DNA of 53,592 bases, counting the filler, from Jimgerdemannia flammicorona (Eukaryota): NCBI GenBank assembly GCA_003990765.1. It is 3 parts of 3 records of this genome, joined end to end, with 100 filler letters (N's around TTAATTAATTAA, not from the genome) between each part and the next. Parts side by side here need not be neighbours in the genome. Positions count along the whole stretch, not along the records: positions 1 to 17,798 come from RBNJ01002404.1; 2 more parts are not named here. One strand, given 5' to 3'. The stretch's first letter is position 1, and each line of letters opens with the position of its first letter. Made by a program: the position numbers and the translations under genes. Shown piece after piece: positions 1 to 12,534 of the stretch. The notes under the pieces are model-generated. The model searched no databases, had not been told where the DNA came from, and saw only the letters and a list, made by a program, of their open reading frames with translations.

Positions 1-306
1 GTCGTTAGCAACATTGTATCCCGTAATCTGTGCTTGCGGCTTCCAGTAGTCCGCCAAGCCACATTCGATAAGGAGATTCTTCATATGATAGGCCCAGATT
101 GCGTAATCTTTCCCGTCGAAGACAGGGATGGACCTCTTGGACATTTGCACTGTCGTAATAGCCGCTGGGGCTGGAATTGACGTCATCGTGACGGTCGTAG
201 TAGTTGCCGCTGGGGCTGTTCCGGTACCCGTTCCGGTACCCATTCCGGCACCCATTCCGGTACCCATTCCAGCACCCGCCGAGGGACTCCCTGGCGTATT
301 CGACAT
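1..306 (-). CDS. Ty1/copia Gag N-terminus (runs off window start)
   Basis: ATG at 306, open to position 1: MSNTPGS...KRSIPVFDGKDYAIWAYHMKNLLIECGL. The FDGxxYxxWxxxMxxxL motif is typical of the copia Gag N-terminus, and the ORF lies downstream of an LTR and PBS. Confidence 0.85.
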   Translation of the reverse strand, partial: MSNTPGSPSAGAGMGTGMGAGMGTGTGTGTAPAATTTTVTMTSIPAPAAITTVQMSKRSIPVFDGKDYAIWAYHMKNLLIECGLADYWKPQAQITGYNVAND

Positions 307-368
307 CTCTTTTGCACGTAAAGTAGTGTAGCGTATATTAAAGAGGTGTTTTGGTTAGCCACTAACCG

Positions 369-380
369 GGGCTCATAACC
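369..380 (-). promoter_or_regulatory. Copia primer-binding site (internal/anticodon-arm tRNA-iMet type)
   Basis: Minus strand reads GGTTATGAGCCC directly after the LTR terminus ...CAACA. This is the Ty5/Drosophila copia style of PBS. Confidence 0.8.
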
Positions 381-546
381 TGTTGTGAAATACTGGAATT
401 TGAGGGATAAAGGAGCAACCTTTATTGATATGCGCGAAGCGCGTATTTACACGTTGATGACGTTTCCACTGATGACGTCCTCACACGTGAGCCGCGCCAC
501 CTTCACGTGAGCTACATACCGAGTTGATTAGCTAGAAATCTCAACA
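381..546 (-). mobile_element. Ty1/copia 5' LTR (166 bp), inserted into the gypsy 3' LTR
   Basis: Ends TGTTG...CAACA, adjoins the PBS, and is CpG-rich (young). Gypsy LTR sequence resumes at 547 (CACTG, probable 5-bp TSD). Confidence 0.85.
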
Positions 547-1257
547 CACTGGAAATAAATAACTTGGATGTTGTGGGAACTCAGATGGTATGAATCAGAT
601 TCTTCTGGAAATGTGGATAACTCGGAAATAATGGCTTCAACTGGGAATTAACTCAGATGGTACAGATTCTTTCTGAATTAGTGGCTTCAACTGGGAAACA
701 GCAGTGAAGTTCTTCCTTGAACTTGGGTGGCAAATCTTCAGGCTTATCTGGCAAGCGAATCAAAAATGGACTTTTCTTTATATTGGAAAGTGGACCAGAG
801 TGGAAGAGAAGAGAATCAAGCTCACAACTTCTTGGCAGTGGCTCATTGGCAGGTGTATCTCCTAAGTATTGCAATTTAATTCCTTTAGGATCAAGTGGCT
901 TTTGGCAGGCATTTCTCCTAAGTGTACGAGACAATTGACTTTTGCTTTGGTTTGTATTCAACTTTTGGACTGAGGTTTATTCACTCTTGTCTCTGGGGTA
1001 ATTTATACATTGTGATTGCTATCTAGTTGCTATCTGGCTAACTATAGATTTGCTATTTATAGTATATTTGAGTGAACAGCCACTGTTCAGTAGACAGCTA
1101 CTATCTAGGAGACAGTTACTGTTCACATTATTCCCTTCTTCAGCTATCTGATTATTTATACATTTTTCTGCAGTAATGGTTACTGATTACTATGCTATAC
1201 TAATATTCATATCACCTGGTTAGGTTTCAAGATTGCTACATTTTGTGGTTTGTTATA
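547..1257 (-). repeat. Gypsy 3' LTR (partial; interrupted by copia)
   Basis: Colinear with ~15759-16469. Boundary ...tttgttata here versus ...tttgtcaca at 16469. Confidence 0.88.
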
Positions 1258-1403
1258 TCAGCCCCAACTAAAGGATAGTTTGTCCCAGACTATCCTTTAG
1301 TTATCATTCCAATAAGCATAGGCATCTTCTGCATCTATACCTGTTCCATCATCATCTCTTTCTGTACCTGAGTCACTCCATTCTAGCTCTAGATCTTTTT
1401 CTT

Positions 1404-1491
<88 letters not shown>

Positions 1492-1929
1492 GTTTCTTCT
1501 TATTCTTCGGGAAACAGAATGTCTACTTATTGAAGAATACTCTGAAAGGTGGTCTCATTCATCTGATGAATATCATTGAGGTAAAAGTGAGACTGCACCA
1601 GGGCTCCAATATTTTATTTGTACAAGGTATAGATTCATTTGGCAGTTCTTGCTTCTTGGTGGATTATACCAGCTAGTCCTCTAATATATAGCTGTTCTTG
1701 AAGTAGTTGACCAATATTATAGAAGACCTGTAGATGGTGGATCTGTAACAATCTTTGGGCAATGAAAGGTTCTCTTGATACTTCTGGATCAATTGTATTG
1801 GGGTTCCTTCAAGTTGACAGAACTGGGGTAAGGGAACTAGTATGGCCTGGAAGGAGCTGAGGACCAATATCTGGAGGTGCTGATCAATCCTTTGACTCAT
1901 GATGTAGAGGGGGAATATAGTTTGGAGCA

Positions 1930-2900
1930 ATTGATATATAATGGTATTCTCAGGGTTCATCCATCCATACTTCTTAAATAGATGCTGGTTCCTCTGATAT
2001 TGTGTACAACATAAGATTCTTCCCATTTGGGTTCCAGTTTGGTAGCAAAATTCATTTCAATCATGCTTCTCCAAACTAGTACTTGATCTCCAATCTTGAT
2101 CTCCTGATCCTTCTGTTTTTGGTTATAGTACTTCTTTTGTCTTTCTTGGGCTTTGATAATCTGACCTCAGACTTGATTACATAACTGTTCTGCTGTCTTG
2201 AGGAGGTCTCCAAGATTCTCATGGTCAGTGATTCTGTTTTTCTTAGCAAACATCATTTTGAATGGCTTTTGTTTAGTAGAGGCAGCAGGGGTGTTCTGAA
2301 TTTCCCATAGGATTTCAGGTAAGCAGAGGTCCCAATTGGTAGGATTGACTTGGGCAAGTCCTTTCTTGATGGTCTGGTTCATTCTTTCTGTTATGAGGGT
2401 AGTATGATGTGGTCTGCTTGAGGTAGATCTTGTAAATTCGGGCATAACTTGTGATTATGTTATTGATGAATTCTGTGCCTCAGTCAGAGATAAGTTCTTC
2501 TGGAAGTCCATATCTGAGTGTGAGTCCATGGAGAAGACCTACAATAGTTAAGATATCTGTGATTTCTATTGGAAAAGCCTCAGGCCACTTGGTCAGATAT
2601 TCCACAAATACAAGAATGTATTTGGTTCTTCTTGATGTAACTGGTAGAGGTTCAATTACATCTATTCTCCATCTCTGAGGAATGTTGTCTGGTGGTGCAA
2701 TTGGTTGTAGTGGTGCTCAATAGTTCTTTCTTCCTTAGTACTTCTGGCAGGTATTACATTTCTTGAGTATATCCCAGATGTATTCTAAGGTGGGCCAATG
2801 TTGGTATGTTGTTCATAGCTTCTCTTCTACATTTACTTATCCTTGGTGGGCTTTCTGATATTCTTTTCAGATGAGATCTTCTGTGCCTTAATAGTCTGAG
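1930..2900 (-). pseudogene. Gypsy integrase (rve core plus C-terminal GPY/F-like region)
   Basis: WRIDVIEPLPVTSRRTKYILVFVEYLTKWPEAFP; LISD*GTEFIN; ERMNQTIKKGL...NWDLCLPEIL; GDQVLV...KLEPKW. Confidence 0.85.
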
Positions 2901-2939
2901 GAGCTTCCTTTAGTATAGTTCCTTGGAACACCCTTCTTC

Positions 2940-4260
2940 TGGTTCATTGGGGCTGGCAAGAAAGTACATCAACATTGTTGTGGGCTTTTCCTGCTTTGTG
3001 GATGATGGTGATCTTGTAATCCTGAAGGATAAGAATCCAGTAGGCTAGGATTCCAGTAGGTTCCTTATAGTTGAATAGCTATTTGAGAGCTATATGGTCT
3101 GTGATCAGGGTGAACCTTTTTCTGATAAGATAATGCTTGAACAGAGTGACCACCCATATGACTATAAGGTATTCTAGTTTGGTGCTACCATAGTTCATCT
3201 GTTGCTAATTGGTAGCTCTGCTTATATAAGCTATCACATAGTGCTGTTGATCAGGTCTTTCTTGGGCTAGAACTGCTCCTAGGCCATCTTCAGAGACATC
3301 TATATACAAGATGAATGGCTTCTGTAGATTGGGGCATATAAGGATTAGAGGGGTAGTTATGTGGTTCTTGAGTTCTTTAAAGGCTTTTTCTTATGATTCT
3401 GTCCATTTGAATGGTACTTCTTTCTTGAGAAGAATTTGGATTGGGGCAGCGATTTGGGCAAAGTTCTTGATAAGCCTTCTATAGTAGGATACTAGTATCA
3501 GAAATGATAGTGTTTCCTTCAGGATCTTGAGTACTGGCCAATTGTTGATCTTCTTGGTTTTCTTTGGGTCTGCATGGGTTTCTTCTTTCGAGACTATAAA
3601 TCTAAGAAATTCAAGTTTCTGTTTCCCAAAGTAGCATTTCTTTACATTCAATATTAAGTAGTTCTTGTGAGTAAGCTTGAAGAATTCTTCTAGGTAGTAC
3701 AGGTGTTCTTCAAAATTTGCTGAATAGATATTGGAATCATCCATATATACAATCAGACAGCAGTGGATCAAGAGGACATAGACTGAATTCATCATCCTCT
3801 GGAAAGTGGGGGGTATATTGCAAAGTCCAAAGGGCATTCAGAGGTACTCAAAGTTTTCCTAGAGCAAGAAAGTCTGTCTTTGGTTGTCCTTGGGGTCCAT
3901 GGAGATCTCATGGAATCCCATGAAGAGGTCCATACTGCTGAAGTATCTGGCATCTTGTAACTGATCCAAAAGGTCATCAATTCTGGGCAAAGGATAGGTA
4001 TCCTTTTTGGTGACTGAATTGAGTTTCCTGTAATCCACACAGAGTCTCCATCCTCCCATCTTTGATACAATAAGTATATAGTCTAGGGGCTGGTAGAGGG
4101 TCAGATAACCCCATTATCTAAGAGTTCTTAAATGTGCTCCTTTTCAAATATTTTCAAGTAATGGGATATTCTATAGAGTTTCTGTCAGATGGGTGTTGTA
4201 TTTTCTGTATTTATGCTGTAGTGATATGATGGATTGTATAGCAGGTTGCCATAATTAGTA
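2940..4260 (-). pseudogene. Gypsy reverse transcriptase and RNase H
   Basis: WRLCVDYRKLNSVTKKDTYPLPRIDDLLDQL; MPFGLCNIPPTFQRMMN; IVYMDD; downstream FILYIDVSEDGLGAVLAQ and FTLITDHIALK. Confidence 0.93.
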
Positions 4261-4749
4261 GTAAAGATATCTTGATATTTGTTGAGAAGTTTTACTAGTT
4301 GTTGCTATTGTTGGGGTATCAATTCTTCTCCAATGTTGGTGGAAGACTTCACTGTCTCCTGGGTTGCAGAGGGGCCTTTCCTTTCTTCTGGGATCTGTTG
4401 CCATTTCCTGATAGGTTTAGTTCATAAACTTCCCTATGAGTTCAGTTGAGAAAAGACACCAGATATCCTATGATAGTTCCTTTCAGCAAGATGATGGTCT
4501 CCCAACTTTGGTTGGTTGCTCAGGAGTGTACTGGATTCATCTTGTCAGAGAATGTGTATCCCTCTATATCCAGGTATATCTTCCTTGGGTTCGAAGAAAA
4601 GGTTTCTGGGGTCAGGTGGTGTGAAGATTTCGAATGTGGTTCTCCAGGTTCCAGGATGAGGTTCTTGTGCAGTCTGACTAGTTGGCAGTACACCTGCTGA
4701 GGAATATTCCTCTTGAGATGGTTGACTTGAAGGAGATGTACTTTCTTCT

Positions 4750-5150
4750 TGTCTGAGCTTCCAAATCCTTTGGCTTGTCTTGTTCCTTTAGTCAGTTTGG
4801 TCACTTCTTGTAATTGTGGAGTTCTGACCTTCATGAAGACTGCTTGGGTAATCTTCTGTCCTCTAATAATTCAGTGCTATTCTGCACTGCTATTGTATAG
4901 GATAATTTTTATTTTGCCTGTATATCCTGGATCAATAGTTCCTCCTTCTACAGTTATTCCTTGTCTGGCAAGTCCAGACCTTGGGGTCAGTTAGATGTAA
5001 GTTCCTTGAGATGGCTACATGGCTAGTCAGGTTCTGATCATGAATGTTTTTCTGGGCTTAATGGATTCATCCTCCAGACTATGAAGATCATACCCTATAT
5101 CCTCTAGGTGGGCTTTGGTTGGGGGTTTGGCCTTGGGGTATAGTAGGACA
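4750..5150 (-). pseudogene. dut: dUTPase domain within gypsy pol
   Basis: AKPPTKAHLEDIGYDL...TPRSGLARQGITVEGGTIDPGYTGKIKIIL...RQAKGFGSS, matching the trimeric dUTPase motifs. Confidence 0.9.
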
Positions 5151-6449
5151 TATTGGGCAGTATCCTTGCTAAGTTCAGCCTTTCCTTGGACTGAGGCTCT
5201 ACTAGCAGAGAGCCTCTAAGCTCTAAGGTTGAGGTGTGGCCATCTGGCTCCAGTAGAGGGGTCTTGGAGATAGTTGATTCCTCTTCTTCCTATAGGATCT
5301 AGGGCTTCCATGAAGTTGGGGGTATCTTTTACCCATCCTTGGCAGGTTGCATGTCTGATGAGAGCTAGGATGTCCTCTCCCAAATCATAGATCTTGAGGA
5401 TTCTTCTTCCCGGCTTCTTAGTCTGGCTTTTTCAGATCTGGCTTTTTCAGATCTGGCCTCTGTTGTCTCCTCTCTTCAAAGTATAGATTGCAACATTATG
5501 ACTAAGGTGAATCTTCTGATGTCTGCAGTCTTAGCAGTCAGGGTGTCTCCTATGATTGCAATATCCTATTGCTCAAAAATGATATTCCTGGCTGTTTATC
5601 TCTTGTTGCCTAGGGAATCGGTATCCATCTTGGTTATAAGTTGGAGGAAGAGTGGACAAGGGATATATTTCTATTCAGGTGAAGAAGCCTTGTCTTCTAA
5701 ATCAACTCTGTAGCTTAGTGGTAACTTCTTAGAAGGTGGTTGACTGTGCAAGTATATTTGGAGATTCTGGTCTCTGGGGTCTCTGTTTCTCCTGTTAGTC
5801 TAGTAGATAGCACTGATAACAGTAGTCTTGGGGAGAGTGGAAAACCATTTGATGTAGACATCTTCCTAGCTGAAAAGCCTTTTCTTAGTGAGTTTCTTTC
5901 TTGGGGATAATGGTGATTATATTGGGTCCTTCTTCTGTATTCTAAGGATCATTGTCTTCAGGTGGTGTCCAGTGAGGGTCATCCTAGGGGATGAGTTCAG
6001 GGATCTCTTCTTCTTCAGGTGCTTCCTGTTCAGGAACTTCTTGGTCAGAAGTTTCTTCTTCCTCAGAAGATTCTTGACCCCAAATTGCTTGTACTTCTGC
6101 AGCTTCAGTTGCAGATGTTTCTGGAATATGGCTGTATTTCATCTTCTTCTTTCTGCACTCTGGGCAGGCTGTGCTGGGTGATTTCCTTGTTCCCATGATC
6201 TTGGAGGAATGCTTGGGACACTTGTATCTCTTGAGGCAGATAGGGTATCCTTTTACTTCTCCTGCAATAGCTCCAATGGTAATGGGAATTGTGTTTCTTG
6301 CCCACACATTGTCTCCTGGTCTGTCATCTACCAGATTGATTCAGAGATTGAGTCTGAGATCATTTCCATCTTCAGATTCTTCCTCTTCTTCTGTAGTAGA
6401 TTCTTTACTACTGGTATATTCCTCCTGAATAGTGACCTTCTTCTTCATT

Positions 6450-6830
6450 TTTGATTGCTCATAACTGGTCACCTTAACTCTATACTTCTTGCCTTGGTAG
6501 TCAAACTTGAGTTGTTGACCAATATCAACAACTGCATTCATTTCCTTCATCTAGTTGGTACTAACAATCATATCATAGGTGACAGCTTCAGTGACAATAG
6601 CTTTCGGGATAGAGAACTGAATGTGTCCAAGAGAGATAGTGATATTTCATACTTCTCCAAGGGGTTGTGTTCAGGCTCCATCTGCCACTATGATACTCAG
6701 ATTGGATAGTCCATTGATGGATCTTTGGAGGGTGTCCAGGAACTATTTGGCAATAATATAGACAGCTACTCCTGTGTCTATAAGGATCTTCACTTTTTGT
6801 CCTCCAATATCTCTATGTAGGTAGGTACTG
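6450..6830 (-). pseudogene. Gypsy aspartic protease
   Basis: KVKILIDTGVAVYII (catalytic DTG at ~6770-6778). Confidence 0.75.
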
Positions 6831-7389
6831 ACATGTCTTTCAGCTGCTTGGACAGGGATGGGAGCTGGTTCTTGCTGTGGGATTGGGACCCAGCCAGTGC
6901 TAGACCTAGTTCTCAATAATTTGTTTCAAACTCCAGCTAGTGTCAGTTGCAGAAACTGCAGGAGAGGGACTTCTATCTTGGCCTCTTGAATCTTCTGCCA
7001 GGCTTCATTGTAGATGTCTCTAGGTATGGTCTTTAGGGTGTACTTCTTCTTGGGCTTTAGAGCAGCAGGTTCCTGTTCTTCTTGTTCCATTTCTTCATCT
7101 TCTGATAGCAACTCATTTGTCTTGGAGACAAAATGTGAGTGGGTTCAGAGAGGTGTTTCTACCTGCTCCTCTTCATGTTCTTCATCCTCCTCTTGGATAA
7201 TTCTTCTGCTGATATTCCTGGATGGCCTTCCTACAGGTCTCTTCCTCTTCTCTGCTGGGTAGACTGTTTTTTGGGTAGTAACCTTGGTAGGGTATAAGTC
7301 TAGGTCACTGTAATCTTCAACAGGATGGGCTTCAGTATTCTTGTACTGAGTGTCATTCCTTTGGTTTGGTGGTTCTGAGTCCCTTTGGT

Positions 7390-8790
7390 CACTTCTTTTA
7401 TTATCATATTCAGTAGCATAGTGTCTGAATTATCTACAGTAGAAGCATTGGACCTGTGCTCTGTCTTGGACAGAGTATCTTCTTTCTTCTTGTTGGTAGT
7501 TCCTGTTATCTCTCAGTGGATAACCTTGGCTCCTCTGTGGTAGGTATCCTCTGTTGTCTTGGTAGTTCTGATTTTTGTGTGTGGTGAGTTTTTCAATCTA
7601 TCCAATCAATCGGTCCAACTTGGAGCTGAGGTCTCAGATTTCACTTCTGTCCTTCTTTTCTTCCTTGGCTGGCCTTTTTTCTTTAGATCTTTCTTGTCCT
7701 TGAAGGAGTCCTTATAGGGCTTTGACCAGGATGTCTTTATCTTCTTTCTTGTCATGATCACTCCAGGTAGTTCCTTGTCTAATATCAAAGAATCCTTGAG
7801 CTGTATCTACTTGCTCTTCAGATCTTCTGATGTCTAGAGTGTGAACATACTGGGCAATTTTTGGGGGAATTCCATTCATGAAGGTCATTGGACCTATGAT
7901 GTCCTGGTTGGTGGCATTGAACCCAGCAGTATGCATTCTCTTCTGGATTCTTGTGAAGAAGGCTCTGAGTGATTCTCTAAGATTCATCTTCATTCCTATA
8001 ATGGATTCTTGAGCCTTGTGGCAGGTTTCATTTCCTGCATACTTTTCAATGAGCCAGTGGACCATAATCTCATATTCTAGCTCATAAGACATTACTGCTT
8101 ATATCTGTCTTGCCAGTTCTGAATCTGGGTTATTTGCTGTTTGATGGAAAATTCCACTGGCTGATTCTCTGAGCTGAGTCTTATAGATGGCAATTTTTCT
8201 TTCATCTGAGAGATTCCTCAAGGCTGTGATTCCTTCAATTCCATCAAGAAATTCTCTGGGGTCTTCCTCTGGGGATTCTACAAAGGTTGGCAATGAGGTG
8301 GTCATTTCATCATCACTTTTTTCTAATTCTGATTCAGGTTCAGATTCTGATTCTGATTCACTTTCTGAACTGTTACTGGAGATGGAAATGCTTTGGTATC
8401 CTGAAGATGGTGTTCTGGTCCTTGGACAAAGTAGAATGAGCCTTGATATTCTTAGAGGAGCTACTTCTAATTCTGCAAGGAGTTGTGGTAAAGGTTCTAT
8501 TAGTAAGATTGATGGGACTGGTATAGGGTGTCTGGCTGTAAGATCTTGGGCTTATGTAATAAGATCTTCTAGTTCTTGTACAAGTTCTTCAAAGTCTCCA
8601 ATAGGACCACCTGTGTTGTCTGGTTGATCTGGTTGGGGATTTCAGGCTATACTGCCTTCTAGTTCTGGTTGGGATCCTTCTGATACTGGATAGTTGGTAA
8701 GTCTTGATGTGATTACTTCTCTTTCTGTCCAAATGCTAGTAATAACTGGTTCTCCTGTGGTGGCAGAGATTGGTGTTGGGTTAAATGTAT
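7390..8790 (-). pseudogene. Gypsy Gag with degenerate zinc knuckle
   Basis: LPTFVESPEEDPREFLDGIE...; VQCFYCR*FRHYATEY (CX2CX4HX4C remnant, ~7406-7447). Confidence 0.8.
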
Positions 8791-8843
8791 CCAGTTTGAC
8801 TATAGGTTCTTATGAGCTGAAAAGTTATGTCGATTTTGAAATC

Positions 8844-8861
8844 TTCCCAGTTGAGCCCTCA
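8844..8861 (-). promoter_or_regulatory. Gypsy PBS, tRNA-Pro-like
   Basis: Minus strand TGAGGGCTCAACTGGGAA versus the tRNA-Pro PBS TGGGGGCTCGTCCGGGAT (13/18 identical; three of the mismatches are transitions). It sits 2 nt from the inferred LTR end at 8864. Confidence 0.6.
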
Positions 8862-8863
8862 AA

Positions 8864-9284
8864 TATAATATGCCCAGCTCAATGGAGACAGATTATAAGA
8901 TTAGAGGTTGATGTAGTTCAGCTTGAGCTCCCAGTTACTTTGTTAAAAGTAACAAAATGTTCTTGGTGTTTAGTGGTATTATAGTCAAGATCTGGATACT
9001 GTATAAGCAGTTTCCTTTTTGGGACAAGTTCTTGGATATAGTAGTAGTTTGTGTGAGTGGTTTCCTTCTTGGGTGGTGGTTAATTTGTGTGTAGCATGAG
9101 TGGGTTCCTTATTCGGGTCAACTGAGAATGCCACAATTTTGTATAGCATAATGATCTCTGTATGACTGTCTGACAATTTAATAGTTCTCTTTCTTGAGTG
9201 ACAGATGATCTCTGTGTAGTGTGATAATCTCCAAAAGTATGTGATTTCTGATAGATGGCTTGATTTGGTGTGGCTTCCCTGAAA
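8864..9284 (-). repeat. Gypsy 5' LTR, inner part (split by hAT)
   Basis: Lies between the PBS and the hAT TSD; joins 15707-16469 to give a ~1.18-kb LTR. Confidence 0.7.
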
Positions 9285-9294
9285 TAGTGCTCCG

Positions 9295-9720
9295 AACGAG
9301 TCAATTCGAATCAAATCCGGATTCGATTCGTCACATGATGGTTTGATTCGAATCTCAAATCCGAAGCCATCTGGATCAACTCGGATTTAATCTGAATCGC
9401 CCCATCCAAATTGCCCCATCCGAATCACCCATCCAAACCACCCCAATCTGAATCACTCAATCTGAATCACTCAATCCGAATCACCCCATCCGAATCATCC
9501 CATCCGAATCACCCATCTGAATCACCCATCCAAACCACTCCAATCTGAACCACTCAATCTGAATCACTCAATCTGAATCACTCAATCCGAATCACTCAAT
9601 CCGAATCACTCAATTTGAATCCTCCAATTCGAATCCTCCAATTCTAATTCTCCAATTCGAATCCTTCAATCCGAATCTTCATCCGAATCCTTCAACCAAA
9701 TCCTCTAATCCAAATCCTCC
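9295..9720 (+). repeat. Left subterminal repeats (CCGAATC / CTGAATC / CCAAATC array)
   Basis: Dozens of ~10-11-bp units next to the TIR; the variants are CpG-decay forms. Typical of hAT transposase binding arrays. Confidence 0.85.
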
Positions 9721-9813
9721 ACATGACTCATATGCCAGATGCGTCCACAACACAATACACACACATGCATACACACACATGCATACATATACCATGCAAA
9801 CACACAAACACAC

Positions 9814-12421
9814 ATGTCGACAGATCAGTCTTCAACAGTTCACAGTACCGATGATGCTTTAAGTCAAACATCCCTGATAGTTCCACATCTTCCATGCAAT
9901 CCTCACTCCGAAATCTGGCAATATTATACTATGTAAGATAGGAGATGTTGTTGTTTGTAATTATTGCAGGTAAAAAATTAAGACACACCTATTGACACTT
10001 TGTTTGACAAACACATGATATTGTTTTGACACACACATGATATTGTTTCATCCACCCTCATGAACTGCACCAGCCAGAAGTTCAAAATGCTTAGGGGTAT
10101 GACTTCGAACCTGAATTGACACATAAAAGACAAGAACTCTGACAAAATCAAAAAGAACACGGAGACAAATAAAATCGACATCCAAGCTGTGGTGGGTACA
10201 TTTATCCGATTGCCTGACCATTTCTGTACCAACAATGCCATTTAATCAAAAATTTTAGCTATACTCTTTAGTAGAATTTCGAAATCAGCTCATTCGCTGG
10301 ATTGTGTGCACAGACCAGCCATTCACAACCATCGAGAGTGATCAATTGCACAGCATCTTTGGCCTCCTCAAGCATGATTTATATTTGCCAAGTGCCGATA
10401 CTATTTGCAAAGATGTCCTGGAGGCCTATAGGAAGGAGCACGACAATCTCCACCAGACACTTCAGGTAAAATAAGGGCAGCACCATGACCTTTGCAAGCT
10501 GAATTATACAAAAGAGCTCACCAATTTAACCTCACATTCAATAAGCAGAATTCGGCAGGCAAAATTTCATTTATGATCAACACATGGACATCCCCCAATG
10601 CAATTTCATTTCTGGGCATTACCGGTCATTAGATTGACCTCGATTGGCAGCTTAGATCTCTCACTCTTGACTTCGTCAAACTTGCTGGCCCTCATTCTGG
10701 AGACAACATCGCAGATGCTTTTATTAGTTGTATCCAGGAGCTTGGGATCACCACCAAGGTAAAAAAGGGGGGCTTGCTGTCAGGTCGGCATTTTGAGGGA
10801 GGTCCTAAACCAAACCAGATTTTATTGGTTACTTATTTTCACATAAATTTGTCAACCAAATATTTTAAGTACAGATTTTGGCCATTACGATGGACAATGC
10901 CACAAACAACTCAACATTTTTCCAAGGTTTAGCGGCTAGCCTCAAACAGGAAAACATGGCCTTCAGTGCAGAAAGCTGCCGTGTGCAATGCCAGGCCCAC
11001 GTACTGAACCTTGCTGTTCAGGACTATCTTATGCACATAGACAAAACATCCGAGAGAGGAGGGGCCCTGAGTATAATTTCCAAGCTGCGCAAACTGGTTG
11101 TGTTGGTCCGATCGTCCCAACAATGACGAGACAAATTCACTGCACAGTGTAGGGCAATCAGTTTAGCCCCGAAAGAGCTTATAGTGGACGTCTGTACACA
11201 TTGTAACTCAACATTTGCAATGATCCAGCATGTGCTGGAGTTTGCTGTAGTATGCATCCTTTTTTTCTTCAGTTGGCTGAAGCAACTGTTTCGGATAATG
11301 GAAGATTTATTTAAAAAAAAAAAAAAAAAGCCAATAGATTCAACAATGGCTGCCAACAAGGAAATACGGGCCGAGGCTCTAGGTGAAAGTGAGTGGGACA
11401 TACTTAGGAATGTTGTCAGAGTTTTGGAAGTAAGTGGTGGTTGCCCTGGCTCCACACTCATTTTGTCTGTCTCTGCACAGTGCAACACCTCACCACATAT
11501 AACTGCCAGTGTTTCAACGATTGTACGAAGGATATAGTCAAACAAACGACCCTGACAATAAGCTCTGCGATACCGGTATACAACCTTCTGATTGACTGGC
11601 TAGAGGACAAGCTCGAGGACAGGCTGGAGGGTTGTGGTGATTTACAGTTATGCCCGGATCAGAGAGATGCCATGGTGGTTGCTCTAAGCAAGCTTAGAAA
11701 ATACTACACCCAAACAGATACTGCCATATACTCAATCAGTACAGGTATGTCAATGTCGGCGTGTGGCCATTGCCCCTTCCAAAACAGAGGAAACCCTGCA
11801 AAAACTCACTCTCCTTTTCTTCGAACAGTGCTGGACCCATGCTTAAAGCTACAATACCATAAAGATCAGGGCTGGGAGCAGCACTTCATTGAGAGAACCA
11901 AGCAGGCCATAATTGAAGTGTACTGGAAAAACTACGCACCACCGCAAGGTTCTGGCCAAAGTCCAGATGAATATGCCAAGGGATCCCTCCTGTCCCACAT
12001 TTACTTCGGCAGAAAGAGGAAGAGGGAGCCATCAGTGGAAGAGCTGCTGTCAATAGATGAACTTACCATTTACCTCGCCAGCGACCACGTGGTCCTACTG
12101 AAGGGCATGGAGGTGCTCAACTGGTGGAAGGTGGGTTGTCAGGTGGGCGTTGGGCCAATTTAACCCACCAATCTAACCCACCAATCTAACCCACCAATCT
12201 AACACTGCTCTACCCACTGGGGCGTGCAGCTGCGTCAAACGGACTTCCCCAGCCTGTGTGGTATGGCTCGGGACTACCTGGCGATTCCTGCCTCCAGCGC
12301 TCCCATCGAGCGGGTGTTCTCAGGTGGGGTGGACCTCATTGCCCCAAAGAGGTGTGTGCTGAATGCTGAGACAATCCGGGCATGTATGTGTCTGAAGTCT
12401 TGGTGGGGCTTGGGCCGCTAA
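9814..12421 (+). pseudogene. hAT transposase (BED finger, DDE core, C-terminal dimerisation domain), spliced, with stops
   Basis: SEIWQYY (BED-like); KISFMINTWTS...FLGITGH; AITMDNATNN; CQAHVLNLAVQ; LDPCLKL; FPSLCGMARDYLAIPASSAPIERVFS...IRACMCLKSW. Several GT-AG introns. Confidence 0.93.
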
Positions 12422-12534
12422 AATTTGGTGGGTCCGCAGATAAGTTGGTTGGCCTTGTGGAATATTTAATACCTTTCAAATTAATAAAAAGGAAAAAAAA
12501 CCTGAGGACTCGGCCTGGAGTTTGTGGCCAAAGT

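Noticed and set aside
653..961. Duplicated 102-aa ORF MNTNQSKSQLS (also 15865-16173) as a host gene
   Set aside because: It lies inside the two LTRs of one element, starts at a non-ATG codon and has no recognisable domain.
1396..1490. Long homopolymers (also 32124-32202, 49159-49245, 17899-17920) as retroposon tails
   Set aside because: No TSDs identified; may be slippage expansions or sequencing artefacts.
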